Source of the DNA: Oscillospiraceae bacterium | GTDB taxonomy: Bacteria; Bacillota; Clostridia; Oscillospirales; Acutalibacteraceae | Length of the DNA: 51,190 nucleotides | Assembly: GCA_028706415.1 (NCBI GenBank) | Contig: JAQWBK010000001.1 | Location: 1-51,190, forward strand | Reading direction: 5' to 3' | Part shown: piece after piece, positions 26,557 through 36,109 of the stretch | How the letters are laid out: every line of letters begins with the position of its first letter | How positions within the stretch are numbered: position 1 is the first letter of the stretch | Notes under the pieces: model-generated | The model's database searches: none | What the model saw: only the letters and a program-made list of their open reading frames with translations | What the model was told of the DNA's origin: nothing | Program-made: the position numbers and the translations under genes

Positions 26557-28770
26557 CTATATCCCAGATACCGTATAGCCGCCCGCTTTAACCGTAATAC
26601 CCCTTTCCGAAAAATCTCGATTTCCATAATTAACATAAATCTTTACTCCACCGGAGAATATCGTTTCACGCACATCTTGTGTAATGACCCGATGGGAAAC
26701 AATCTGCTGTGCTGCCACGGTATTAAGCACATCTTTTATTTCAACATATTTTTCAGCGGCTTCCTCCGCCCAGTCGTCAAAAAGAGAGCTTATGATATCG
26801 TTGTTCGGGGTGGATTCAAGACGATTGCAATTTTTCATAATAAAGTGGTATTTTATGCCGATTCCAGATTCAAACGCCTTTAAAACACCTTGTTGCGGAT
26901 CGCTCATGGTGTTAATGGCCGGTGTGCTCATTGCGACTCTCCCATGCAGCGCAATCTGATAAAACGGAACGGTATATGTCTCAACCATATAACCACTGCT
27001 GTATATCGGGGTATCGGTAATATGGTCTGCGTATTCGACCGCATAGGCATTAGGCTCTGATAAAAGCTGCTTTTCCTTTGCGTCCTTTAGCCCCCTCAGA
27101 ATAGACTGAATTTCCTTGTCTGCCGTATCCCGCTTTACCGTTTTGCCGCTGAAATCTGAATATACCTTCTGCCCCAGGGTATTTGCGCTTACGCCTGTGA
27201 AGTCATATTTATCTGCTGCATCCGCAACCTTACCGGCAGCTTGTTTAATTTTAATGAAATTTAAAAGGAATTGAGGTTCGGTCAGTATGGCTTTCAGGTC
27301 ATTGATTCTGTATGCGTATTGCAGCGCCGGACTCCTCTGAATTGATGATGCGGAATCAAATCTTGTATTGAATCCCCAGCGGCTTTTTACCATATCTGTG
27401 AAATTGAAATCTAAATATATTTCGGTTCCGTTTTGCTTTAAAAAGTTAAGCATGTTTTTAAAGCTTTTCTTACCACCCAGCCTGCCTTCGGGTTTAATTC
27501 CGTTGGGTATGGCGGCACCTGTCCCGTCTTTGTTCCAATAGACATAATCTATGGCCAACTTGTCAGCACCCAATGAAGCCAGCCGCTTTGTCATCTCCTG
27601 CACATCCGAATATGTCGACAAAGGTACCACACGGTTCACAGGAAAACCCAAGAAGCTTTCTCGTGCCATAATGCCGCCCATAATTTCCATATACAGCGGC
27701 ACAGCGGATACCGAACTTTTCTGCTCACCCAACAGCCATTCTCCAAACCGATGAGCCATACCTACATAATTTGCATCCTTCCCCTCAAGGAAAAAGTAGC
27801 GAATGCGATATCTCCCGGGCTTTGGCGGGTTTTGCTCCAGTACCCGAACCGTCTGTGCTTTCTTTTCGATAAGCACCATATCCGAATCGCGATATATAAA
27901 CTCCATATAAGCGTTGTTGTAACTGCATCGTTTACCGTTGACCGATGCGTTTGCGATTGCTCGTCCGGCGCCGTCGGTTATTATACCCATCATGGCATGG
28001 TCTGCGTTTTTAATCCCGAACACCGGCATACGCACCGTTTCGGCCATCACATCATGCTGAATTCTTGTGGTTGAGTATTCTCTGCCGTATACATATTGAC
28101 TGTAATCTTCGATAAAGCGGTCGGGGCGGTTCATCTCAATTATTGCTCCGCTTCCATCCGGAACAAATATATACCCCTCGGCTTGACTGCCGGCTGCGCC
28201 GAAGTAAGGCATAACCGACACCGTTGTAAGCTTATAGACTTCCTCGGACTCGGTGATATCCTTTGCAATTATGGATACATCAACATAATCCTCTGCGAGC
28301 ACAATCTCGATTGGGATAGAAAAGCCCTCTCTCGGGAAGGCAAATGTAAGAAGAGCCCCGTTTGCAATCTTTTTACAAGTCAGCCCGCCTTTTTTAACCG
28401 AGGCTGTCTTTGCGTTGATGGGGTTTACATTCCCCAGCCTGTCTGAGTATTTCACCTGAATGAGAGACTCCATGGCCAGCCTGGTGCCCCCCTGAGCCAA
28501 GGGATCTTCCATATGGTTATCGGGCACGCTTTTCCAAGTTGTTCCCTCTTTATCCTGCAAAATAAGGAAACCTTGTTCTTCATTGATATAAAGCATAAAC
28601 CGACCGTTCTCGGCATAAAGCTGGTATCCGTCCAAAGCCTGCGCGCTCTCACCCTGATTATTTGCAGTGGTATATATCTGTGTCTGCGCTGCGGCATTTG
28701 GAATTATTAAGGTGATTCCCGCAGCAAATACAACAGCAAGCATAAGTCTATACAGTCTTTTCATATTCAT
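26557..28770 (-). CDS. Secreted DUF5696-like protein (candidate glycan-active enzyme, function unknown)
   Basis: I moved the start to ATG 28770 (MNMKRLYRL...) because AGGAG lies 7 nt upstream. The track ORF extends to 28863. The signal peptide ends in NAAAQ. The DUF5696 assignment is from memory of similar proteins next to Yip1-type and large solute-binding-protein genes. Confidence 0.6.
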   Translation of the reverse strand: MNMKRLYRLMLAVVFAAGITLIIPNAAAQTQIYTTANNQGESAQALDGYQLYAENGRFMLYINEEQGFLILQDKEGTTWKSVPDNHMEDPLAQGGTRLAMESLIQVKYSDRLGNVNPINAKTASVKKGGLTCKKIANGALLTFAFPREGFSIPIEIVLAEDYVDVSIIAKDITESEEVYKLTTVSVMPYFGAAGSQAEGYIFVPDGSGAIIEMNRPDRFIEDYSQYVYGREYSTTRIQHDVMAETVRMPVFGIKNADHAMMGIITDGAGRAIANASVNGKRCSYNNAYMEFIYRDSDMVLIEKKAQTVRVLEQNPPKPGRYRIRYFFLEGKDANYVGMAHRFGEWLLGEQKSSVSAVPLYMEIMGGIMARESFLGFPVNRVVPLSTYSDVQEMTKRLASLGADKLAIDYVYWNKDGTGAAIPNGIKPEGRLGGKKSFKNMLNFLKQNGTEIYLDFNFTDMVKSRWGFNTRFDSASSIQRSPALQYAYRINDLKAILTEPQFLLNFIKIKQAAGKVADAADKYDFTGVSANTLGQKVYSDFSGKTVKRDTADKEIQSILRGLKDAKEKQLLSEPNAYAVEYADHITDTPIYSSGYMVETYTVPFYQIALHGRVAMSTPAINTMSDPQQGVLKAFESGIGIKYHFIMKNCNRLESTPNNDIISSLFDDWAEEAAEKYVEIKDVLNTVAAQQIVSHRVITQDVRETIFSGGVKIYVNYGNRDFSERGITVKAGGYTVSGI

Positions 28771-28878
28771 ATAAATGCTCCTGCGCTGAGGCTTTTGCAA
28801 ATGCATGAATGAAAGATTGCACCGGCTTGCACCTGCCTGTGTGTATTTTTTATGCTCTTTCACACTATCAGCTCCTTC

Positions 28879-30951
28879 CTACATCATCTTGAGCTCGGCG
28901 TAAATGCTTCCTATAAATTCGAGAAGCTGTGATAATATGTTATAGCTTAAGGCGCATATCAACAATATTACCAGCATTCCCGCAAGCGTAAGTATGGTCG
29001 TCCATATTGTCCTTCCTAATGAATACATATGAACTTCCTTAATCGCCATAATAAGCCCTATTGCGGTCCATGCATATACAATAAACCGCGCCATCGAAAT
29101 AAAGGATGCTTCGTTTGTGGTGAGGACATTGCTCATAATTACTACCACAACCGTACCAATGATATAAGGTAGCAGCGCATATGAGCAGTAGTTCCATATT
29201 TCCTTCAGTCTGCCCTTTCCCTCCTGAATCGTGGTGATTGACCAGTTGCAGATGGTAAAGGCTGCGAAAAATCCAATTGTAGAAAGTAGGGAGAACATTA
29301 AATTAAATTTATCCGTGCGATTATAATTAAAAGCAAAGCCTGTCAGCTGCCGCTCGATTATCGAAACAATAAAATACGCCAGCAGCAGAACGTTTGCGGC
29401 TAAGACCGAATCCTTTTTCCGTTCTTTAAGATCTGTATAACCGATAAACGGATGAAGCATGCAGTAAACGGGATAATGAAACCGCCCGATCTTCACATCA
29501 TAAACGCTCTTTTTGTTTCTTCGGCGCAATATAACTATAATGACAGGAGCTACAACAGACAGGATAATCCCAAGCATGAACACCAGAAAATTATGTCTCA
29601 AAATATCTCCGCGGTATTCACTGAACGCTTCAGAATACAGCTCCCGTTCAAAGGCGACTTTATAAAATTTGGCTGCCTTTTTGAAATCGCCCATGCCCTC
29701 ATATGCCTTGCCCAGTCCCCTGTTGGCAAGCTCATATAAATTATCCTGCTTTAAAACTGCGCCCCACGGTTCCATAGCTTGTCGGTATTTGCCATCGTCA
29801 CAAAGGAGAACCGCCTTCCTGACATTTTTTGCGAAATCGGTTGGTGTAAATAATGTTATTAGCCCTGTCTGCCCATCCAAAAGCAGCAGCTTATCGCCCA
29901 GCGATTCTACCGCAACCGGATTTTGTGTAAGCCCATTCTGTATCCCCTTTCCTCCGAACGCAAACATGAGATTGCTCTCCCCATCATACTGAAAAAGCCT
30001 TCCACTTCTGCTGTCCAGAACCGTGATAAATCCATCCGCATCCACCGCAATGTCGGCAAGCATGGTTTCGGTGCCGCGGTCGCCGAACACCTTCTCAGGT
30101 ATGACATTTTCGCCCAGGGCATTCAGCTTCTTTACCTGCCCCTGGGTCACATCGTTCCCTTTTCGTACTGTGTAAATAAAGTTGTTTTTATCCACCGTAA
30201 AGCTGACAAACTCCACCGGAACGGTTCGTTTCATATTGGCAGCCTGTTTATCGGTCAAAATCTGTTTCCAAAAATAATCTGCAAGTGTATCGGCGGTAAG
30301 GGTTATCTTTTCGCTTCCGTAAAAGCCTAGGAAAACCCCTCTTTCGTCATATTGAAGAGCCCCCTGATAACAGTTTGCCGAAACAACATAATAGATGCCC
30401 GCTGAGTCCATAATTGCTTTTACCGGTGCAAAGAAGAAATCCTTGGGCAATATATTGCTGTTTGGTGACTTTAGAGTGTCGATCAGCTTTAAACTCAAAT
30501 CGAATATCAGAACACCGGCTTTTTTGTCGGCGATCACAATTTTTTTATGCTGGTTGCTGACAAAAATGCTGATGGGTTCCATCATGCTCATGGGCTTGCC
30601 GTCCGATTCCATCGGCCCCAGCTCTTTTAAAAGCTTCATATCCCTGTCCATCACCAGAACCCGATTGTTTCCGGAGTCAAGAACATAAATTTCATTATCC
30701 GGGGTGGAGAAAATATCCGTAGGTGATTTCAAAGCGCCTGCGCCAATCGTTATCCCTGAAACAGTACGCTCGGGCAGGTATGTTTGGGCAGTGGGGACAG
30801 AACTCCCCCAATGATCATAGCGGTAACTGTAATATGGTGCTTCGCTCGTTAGGGCACCTGCGCTAAACGAACCCAGCATACCAACAATTAATGTGGCAGC
30901 CAGAAACGTGATTAGTTTTTTTGTTGAGATTTTCACCATACCGGCTACCAT
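28879..30951 (-). CDS. Membrane protein: signal peptide, NHL-repeat beta-propeller, TPR-like segment and a C-terminal Yip1-type multi-TM domain
   Basis: NHL-like repeats are present (IYVLDSGNNRVLVMD, ITVLDSRSGRLFQYD). A TPR-like helix pair reads GLGKAYEGMGDFKKAAKFYK. A TM helix and about five further helices at the C-terminus are typical of Yip1-family domains. Confidence 0.65.
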   Translation of the reverse strand: MVAGMVKISTKKLITFLAATLIVGMLGSFSAGALTSEAPYYSYRYDHWGSSVPTAQTYLPERTVSGITIGAGALKSPTDIFSTPDNEIYVLDSGNNRVLVMDRDMKLLKELGPMESDGKPMSMMEPISIFVSNQHKKIVIADKKAGVLIFDLSLKLIDTLKSPNSNILPKDFFFAPVKAIMDSAGIYYVVSANCYQGALQYDERGVFLGFYGSEKITLTADTLADYFWKQILTDKQAANMKRTVPVEFVSFTVDKNNFIYTVRKGNDVTQGQVKKLNALGENVIPEKVFGDRGTETMLADIAVDADGFITVLDSRSGRLFQYDGESNLMFAFGGKGIQNGLTQNPVAVESLGDKLLLLDGQTGLITLFTPTDFAKNVRKAVLLCDDGKYRQAMEPWGAVLKQDNLYELANRGLGKAYEGMGDFKKAAKFYKVAFERELYSEAFSEYRGDILRHNFLVFMLGIILSVVAPVIIVILRRRNKKSVYDVKIGRFHYPVYCMLHPFIGYTDLKERKKDSVLAANVLLLAYFIVSIIERQLTGFAFNYNRTDKFNLMFSLLSTIGFFAAFTICNWSITTIQEGKGRLKEIWNYCSYALLPYIIGTVVVVIMSNVLTTNEASFISMARFIVYAWTAIGLIMAIKEVHMYSLGRTIWTTILTLAGMLVILLICALSYNILSQLLEFIGSIYAELKMM

Positions 30952-30970
30952 TCCTTTCAGTTTAACTTGA

Positions 30971-31819
30971 TCATTTCAATCCCGAGGTACTCATGGTTTC
31001 AATTATTCTGCTCTGGGAGAATATAAACAGCAAAATAGGCGGTATCATCAATATCAGCGCTGCCGCTGCAGTCGCACCTGTTCTTGTGACACCTCCGGCT
31101 GCAATGGTTGTCATAACAGAAGGGAGTGTCTTGAGCTCCTCCTTGAAAACCAATGCGCCGCTGCCGCTGTTCCAAAGCCCCTGAAAAGAAAATATCATCA
31201 GGGTCAACCATGCAGGCTTGACATTAGGCATTACCACGGTCCAGAAAATGCGTGCTTCCTTTGCCCCGTCTATTCGGGCAGCTTCCAACATCTCTTCCGG
31301 TATCTTCTGCATGAAATTCATCATCAGATACAGCCCCAGCGAGCTTTGCAAAGCAGGTAAAATCAGCGCCCAGTATGTATTGATAGCGCCTATTCCGGAC
31401 AAAATCACATACTGCGGAATATATGTCACCGATGCAGTAAAAAGCAAGGACAACACAATGATTTTGGTTAGTACCTTCTGCCCGTAAAAATTGTGTTTTG
31501 CCAAGGGGTAGGCGGCCATACTGGCAAGCACTATATGCCCGAATGTTCCGGCAATGGTTATAAAAACACTGTTAAATATATATCGTGACAGCGGCACCCA
31601 AAAATCACTGACCAAATAGTTAAGTTGAATGAAATTGTTAAAGGTCGGCTTACGCACAAAAAGGCGGGGAGGGAATATAAAAATTTCATTAAAAGGCTTA
31701 AATGCTGTACTTATAGCATAAACAATGGGCAGCATGAAAAACACACTGAACAACAGCAAGAATAGAAATACAGTTGCCGTACCGACCAAAGAACGTCCCG
31801 GACGTGGTTTCATATACAA
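30971..31819 (-). CDS. Carbohydrate ABC transporter permease (MalG-like, central module)
   Basis: The EAA loop is EEMLEAARIDGAKEARIFWTVVMPNVKP. The predicted six-TM layout fits the family. Confidence 0.9.
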   Translation of the reverse strand: MYMKPRPGRSLVGTATVFLFLLLFSVFFMLPIVYAISTAFKPFNEIFIFPPRLFVRKPTFNNFIQLNYLVSDFWVPLSRYIFNSVFITIAGTFGHIVLASMAAYPLAKHNFYGQKVLTKIIVLSLLFTASVTYIPQYVILSGIGAINTYWALILPALQSSLGLYLMMNFMQKIPEEMLEAARIDGAKEARIFWTVVMPNVKPAWLTLMIFSFQGLWNSGSGALVFKEELKTLPSVMTTIAAGGVTRTGATAAAALILMIPPILLFIFSQSRIIETMSTSGLK

Positions 31820-31903
31820 AACCGTGCCTTTCCGTGTCTATACCCTTTTTAATCGTGAAAAAGAGGACACAAAATTATTTGAAGTAGGTGGATTTATTCC
31901 TGT

Positions 31904-32875
31904 TCAATCTGTGCTGAATTTTCTTAATGCACCGGTTATAATAAAGTTGGTCAAAAACATAAGGGCGAACAAAAATACTGCAATGGTGCAGGCATATCCC
32001 ATTTCGAAACGAGTTGTGCCAATGTCCATAATGTATGTGACAACCGTATCCGCACTGTATTGGGTGGTAGGAAAGCCCGCCAAAAACACGATAACCGTGC
32101 TTACACCGAAGGATGCCGCAATCTGCATGACTGCACTGAACAACAGCTGATTTGACATTGAGGGGATGGTTATATACCACAGCTCCTGACTGCGGTTGCG
32201 TACGCTGTCGATGGCTCCGGCTTCAAAGAGGCTTCTATCCATACTCTGAAATCCTGCTATAAAAGCCAGAAAGCCTGTCCCTAAGCTCATCCAAAGCTGC
32301 ACCACCACAAGCGAAGGCATAATCATATTCTGATCAATAAGCCATCCGATCGGCTCTTTTATAATGTTCATCTGAATAAGAAACCCGTTTACGACACCAT
32401 AGCTGTCGCTTGAAAAGAGGAACGCCCATACAAAATATATGTTTCCTGCTAGAACGGGTATATAGAATAGCACCGTCAAAACCGTTCTTAATGCCCTGCC
32501 GGTCTCGTTTATCAGCCATGCAAACAAAAATGAGAGTATGTAACTGATGGGGCCGGTTATAAAGGCAAAAACTATTGTATTTTTAACGACCTTAAAGAAA
32601 ATCGGGTCGTCCAGCAGCATTCGCTGATAATTTTGCAGCCCGATGAAGCGCGGAATCTCCAGCATATTAAAGCTGGTAAAGCTTAGCCCGATGGCGGACA
32701 GCATCGGTAAAATCGTAAGCAGAGCAAAGATTAGCATAAACGGAGCAAGCAAAATATAACTTTCCCGGCTTCTTTTAATCTTTTCCCAAACGGTGAAATC
32801 AACATTTTTCTCGAGTTTGTTTTTCAATAATACCATCATCCTTTCCCGCGCCATTAAACCCCCGGCAAAACGCAA
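31904..32875 (-). CDS. Sugar ABC transporter permease (MalF-like, central module)
   Basis: The EAA loop is RSLFEAGAIDSVRNRSQELWYITIPS and there are multiple TM helices. The true start may be one of the internal Met codons near the N-terminus. Confidence 0.88.
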   Translation of the reverse strand: MRFAGGLMARERMMVLLKNKLEKNVDFTVWEKIKRSRESYILLAPFMLIFALLTILPMLSAIGLSFTSFNMLEIPRFIGLQNYQRMLLDDPIFFKVVKNTIVFAFITGPISYILSFLFAWLINETGRALRTVLTVLFYIPVLAGNIYFVWAFLFSSDSYGVVNGFLIQMNIIKEPIGWLIDQNMIMPSLVVVQLWMSLGTGFLAFIAGFQSMDRSLFEAGAIDSVRNRSQELWYITIPSMSNQLLFSAVMQIAASFGVSTVIVFLAGFPTTQYSADTVVTYIMDIGTTRFEMGYACTIAVFLFALMFLTNFIITGALRKFSTD

Positions 32876-32955
32876 ATCTATAAAGATTAAAACTTGAACA
32901 GCGTACCAAGTAATCCGTTAAAAGTATTCTCACAAATAAAAATTTGTATCCATTT

Positions 32956-35859
32956 TTATTTTAGCAATCCAAGTTCACGGCGTTTTCTGGTGATTTCCCT
33001 GTTAATGTTACGGTTTTCCTTTTCAAAAATTTCACGAGGATTATCTCCATCGAATATCACTGCACGAAATGCATTGTCAATGCTTCTGGACACATAATAG
33101 CTGCCCGGGATTTCCGGAAGTTCGAACACGCTTTCACGCTGCTTTGACAGAAGCTCCAGCTCGCTGTCAGACCATGGCAGCCTTGAAAATGCGTCTAAAT
33201 TTGCTGTTGTGTATCTTCCTACAGGCCCAAGTATATTCTCAAGAGTAGAGCCGTAGTTATATTGAATATCGTTGCTGGTCCACCAGTCGACAAATTTATA
33301 ACAGCTCTCAGGATTATCGGCTTTTTTGAAGATGACAACCGCCGTTCCCGCTCCCGCCTCTGAGCGATTGATGCTTCCATCCTTCATCCGCGTTCCGGGT
33401 ACCTGCGCCATCCCCCACACTCCGCGTATCTCTTCGGCACCTAATGAAATTGTATTGAACATTTCGTAGGATGCTATGCCAATTGGCATTTCTCCGGATT
33501 TAAAGCGGGTATAGAAATCATATGCAAGATCAAATCCGTATTTGGTATAGAAGTCACACCATGATTTAAACGCGTTTACCGCTGCTTCACTGTCAAGTGC
33601 GGTAGCAGTGTAATCGTCCTTATAAAACGACCCTCCGTTTTGAAGCAAAAGGGTAGCATATAGATCCTTTGCTCCAAGGCCGTTATCCACAGCGGTAGCC
33701 GCAGAAATTACCGAATACGGCAGACCGATGATCATGTGGCTGCGTTGCAGCTTTGGCACTGCTTCAAAAATATCATCCCATGTTTCGGGCAGTTTGATAT
33801 TCAGCTGCGCCAGAATATCCTTACGGTAAAACATCATGTAAAAGGTTTGTGTTAGCGGTATGCCGTATATTTTCCCGTTAAGCTGATATGGCAACATTGC
33901 AGTGTCGGCAAAACGCGGTTTCATATCCTCAAACTCCGAATAACCCTCAAAGTCCAGCAGAGCACTCCGGCTTGCCAGATTAACAGGCTGTCCCCGGGCG
34001 ATACCTATTGCCACATCGGGGCCTTTCCCTGCAAGGCTGGCTTCAATAAATCCGGTCTGCACCACACTGAGATTAACGTCAACATCAGTTTTTGGTGTGA
34101 AATCATCGGTGATCAGATTTTTTATCACCTGGATATGGTCTCGGCCGACATTGGCCCAAACATCTATCGAACCGCCTTTGACTGTTTTGTTTCCGACCGT
34201 ATTGTAATCCTCAAAAAAGGATGCCAAGAAGGTATCAATAAAATGTTTCAAAACCGCAAATAAGCCTGCCTTTGGTGAAGGCAACTTACTATCCGCCGAA
34301 TGTATCATAAAGTAATCCATTTCAAGCGGCTGCTCGGTCATATTATTGAGCCAACCCGACAGGCTGCTTATTCCATCACGATAGCTTGATATCCTAAGGG
34401 GGATCGAGTTGGGATCCTTGATAAAACTATCAAGACGCCGTGCCATCGCTCGTATGGATTCGCTCTCACTTGATTTTTCGCCGCTCAACTTATCAAACAA
34501 ATCTGCAGCTTCGTGAAGATTATTTGCCTGCGTCTTGAAGGAATCAAGCAGGCCCGGAATCTCCTTATCAAGATAATAATCCCTGTATTTGTCGGGGTTT
34601 GTGCCTGTGATCATAACCATTTGCGTATAAAGGCGGTTAAGCTGATAATTTGCTTCATCCACCACCTGCAGAACCTCTGTATACTTGCCGGTACTTACCT
34701 CATATTTTATTAAGTTTCTCCCTTTATTCAGGTAAAACGGTACCGGCTTCACTTTTTCATCCGATATGGTTTTTATATTCCAGCTGATCCCATATGAAAA
34801 GTTAACATTTTCATACGCCACGCTTGGGATTTCTCCATTTATATAAATGTTTCGGAAAACCGTAACATCCACCGCGTCACTCTGTCGATATTTAACCGTA
34901 AGGTAATACAGCCCGTCTTTTGGTATGTTGTCTACCTCATATGAAAGCCACATACCGTTTTCCGACCAGTTTTGACGGCCTATGGTGTTACGGCTGATTC
35001 GGGTTGGGCTGTATGGCTCGGTGGCCGGACTGTTTCTGTCATAGATTGGGTATAAAGTAACATCCGATTTTTCAAATGCTTTTTCAGCTTGATATTTCTC
35101 CAAAAATGAGGGAACCTCAATATATGCGAGTCTTTTATAATATGCCGCAGCCTGTTCTATATCGGGTACGACCTTTTTCACTGCCAACGTAATACCGCCC
35201 ACCAAAAGGATTTCCTGCTTGCATTCTATACGCAGGGAATGCTCTCCTTTTTTTATATAAAGGCACAGCGCTTCACCCGATAGCCCTGAGGTATCACCAA
35301 GCTCGGTCTCCTGCCAGCGAGCATCCTCTATCTGTTCGGGTATTAAGTCATTACCTCGGCTATCCTTCTTAATTTCTGTTTTATCCTTGTATACACGACT
35401 AAGCGCATATCCGCTTAGCTCGTTATAAGGTGTTTCGCCGTCATAAGTTATGTCTATAAGCGGTTTATTGCCTTTAACATGCCCCGCCTTATATTCAAGA
35501 CTAAGAATATATACAGCGTTTTCTTCGGATTCGAATTTCCATTCTATCCACCCGCCAGAGCTTAGCTGAACCCCTTGCTTGCCTTTATCATCCTTCACTC
35601 TTTTAGAGTTTTCAACAGAAATTTGAGCTTCCGACTCGGGAAGAATGATCGGCTCGTTTGCATATTGATTATTTTTAATGATCTCAAGATATTGAACAAA
35701 GCTGTTTTCCCGCCCACTGTAATCGATAACCTCATCCTTTGTATCTTGATTTACACTATTATCCGATACCTGTGCCACTATATTGGGTTGAAAAAGAGTG
35801 GATATCATTATTAAAGACAATATTGCCGCTACCGTTCTTTTCCTTTTATTCGGCTTCAT
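32956..35859 (-). CDS. Giant (967-aa) extracellular solute-binding protein with N-terminal CBM-like domains
   Basis: The signal peptide has no lipobox Cys. The N-terminal half has two galactose-binding-like segments (GGWIEWKFESEENAVYILSLEYK; GMWLSYEVDNIPKDGLYYLTVKYR). The C-terminal ~430 aa look like a sugar solute-binding domain. Confidence 0.8.
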   Translation of the reverse strand: MKPNKRKRTVAAILSLIMISTLFQPNIVAQVSDNSVNQDTKDEVIDYSGRENSFVQYLEIIKNNQYANEPIILPESEAQISVENSKRVKDDKGKQGVQLSSGGWIEWKFESEENAVYILSLEYKAGHVKGNKPLIDITYDGETPYNELSGYALSRVYKDKTEIKKDSRGNDLIPEQIEDARWQETELGDTSGLSGEALCLYIKKGEHSLRIECKQEILLVGGITLAVKKVVPDIEQAAAYYKRLAYIEVPSFLEKYQAEKAFEKSDVTLYPIYDRNSPATEPYSPTRISRNTIGRQNWSENGMWLSYEVDNIPKDGLYYLTVKYRQSDAVDVTVFRNIYINGEIPSVAYENVNFSYGISWNIKTISDEKVKPVPFYLNKGRNLIKYEVSTGKYTEVLQVVDEANYQLNRLYTQMVMITGTNPDKYRDYYLDKEIPGLLDSFKTQANNLHEAADLFDKLSGEKSSESESIRAMARRLDSFIKDPNSIPLRISSYRDGISSLSGWLNNMTEQPLEMDYFMIHSADSKLPSPKAGLFAVLKHFIDTFLASFFEDYNTVGNKTVKGGSIDVWANVGRDHIQVIKNLITDDFTPKTDVDVNLSVVQTGFIEASLAGKGPDVAIGIARGQPVNLASRSALLDFEGYSEFEDMKPRFADTAMLPYQLNGKIYGIPLTQTFYMMFYRKDILAQLNIKLPETWDDIFEAVPKLQRSHMIIGLPYSVISAATAVDNGLGAKDLYATLLLQNGGSFYKDDYTATALDSEAAVNAFKSWCDFYTKYGFDLAYDFYTRFKSGEMPIGIASYEMFNTISLGAEEIRGVWGMAQVPGTRMKDGSINRSEAGAGTAVVIFKKADNPESCYKFVDWWTSNDIQYNYGSTLENILGPVGRYTTANLDAFSRLPWSDSELELLSKQRESVFELPEIPGSYYVSRSIDNAFRAVIFDGDNPREIFEKENRNINREITRKRRELGLLK

Positions 35860-35920
35860 TTGATATCTCCCCTTACCTTTGTGAATTTATCCGTAATTGT
35901 TATTATAAAAAATGCTTTTA

Positions 35921-35944
35921 TACAATATATAACAATATATTGTA
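35921..35944. promoter_or_regulatory. Candidate operator palindrome upstream of the central operon
   Basis: TACAATATAT (35921-35930) and ATATATTGTA (35935-35944) form a perfect 10-bp inverted repeat with a 4-nt spacer. It lies ~60-85 nt upstream of the giant solute-binding-protein start. Confidence 0.3.
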
Positions 35945-36004
35945 CGCATGGTTCTCTTTTTTAAGAATAATCAATAATCGAGGCAATTACAACATACATA
36001 TTGT

Positions 36005-36042
36005 TCGAGTTATTTATCCATATTTGTCTTTTCGCAAATATG
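36005..36042. promoter_or_regulatory. Shared upstream motif (copy 2) plus inverted repeat CATATTTG-N8-CAAATATG
   Basis: TCGAGTTAT[TTAT]CCATATTTG (36005-36026) matches 25541-25558. CATATTTG (36019-36026) and CAAATATG (35-42 of the 36000 block, i.e. 36035-36042) are reverse complements. Confidence 0.35.
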
Positions 36043-36064
36043 CTACTTTAATCAATTAAAGGGA

Positions 36065-36098
36065 TAAAAAACTGCCGGTTGAAAAATACAACCAGCAG
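36065..36098 (-). terminator. Intrinsic terminator of the AraC gene
   Basis: On the minus-strand RNA, CUGCUGGUUG-UAUUUUU-CAACCGGCAG forms a 10-bp stem with one G:U. It is followed by UUUUUUAU and lies 12 nt beyond the stop codon. Confidence 0.7.
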
Positions 36099-36109
36099 AG
36101 TAGCCAAAC

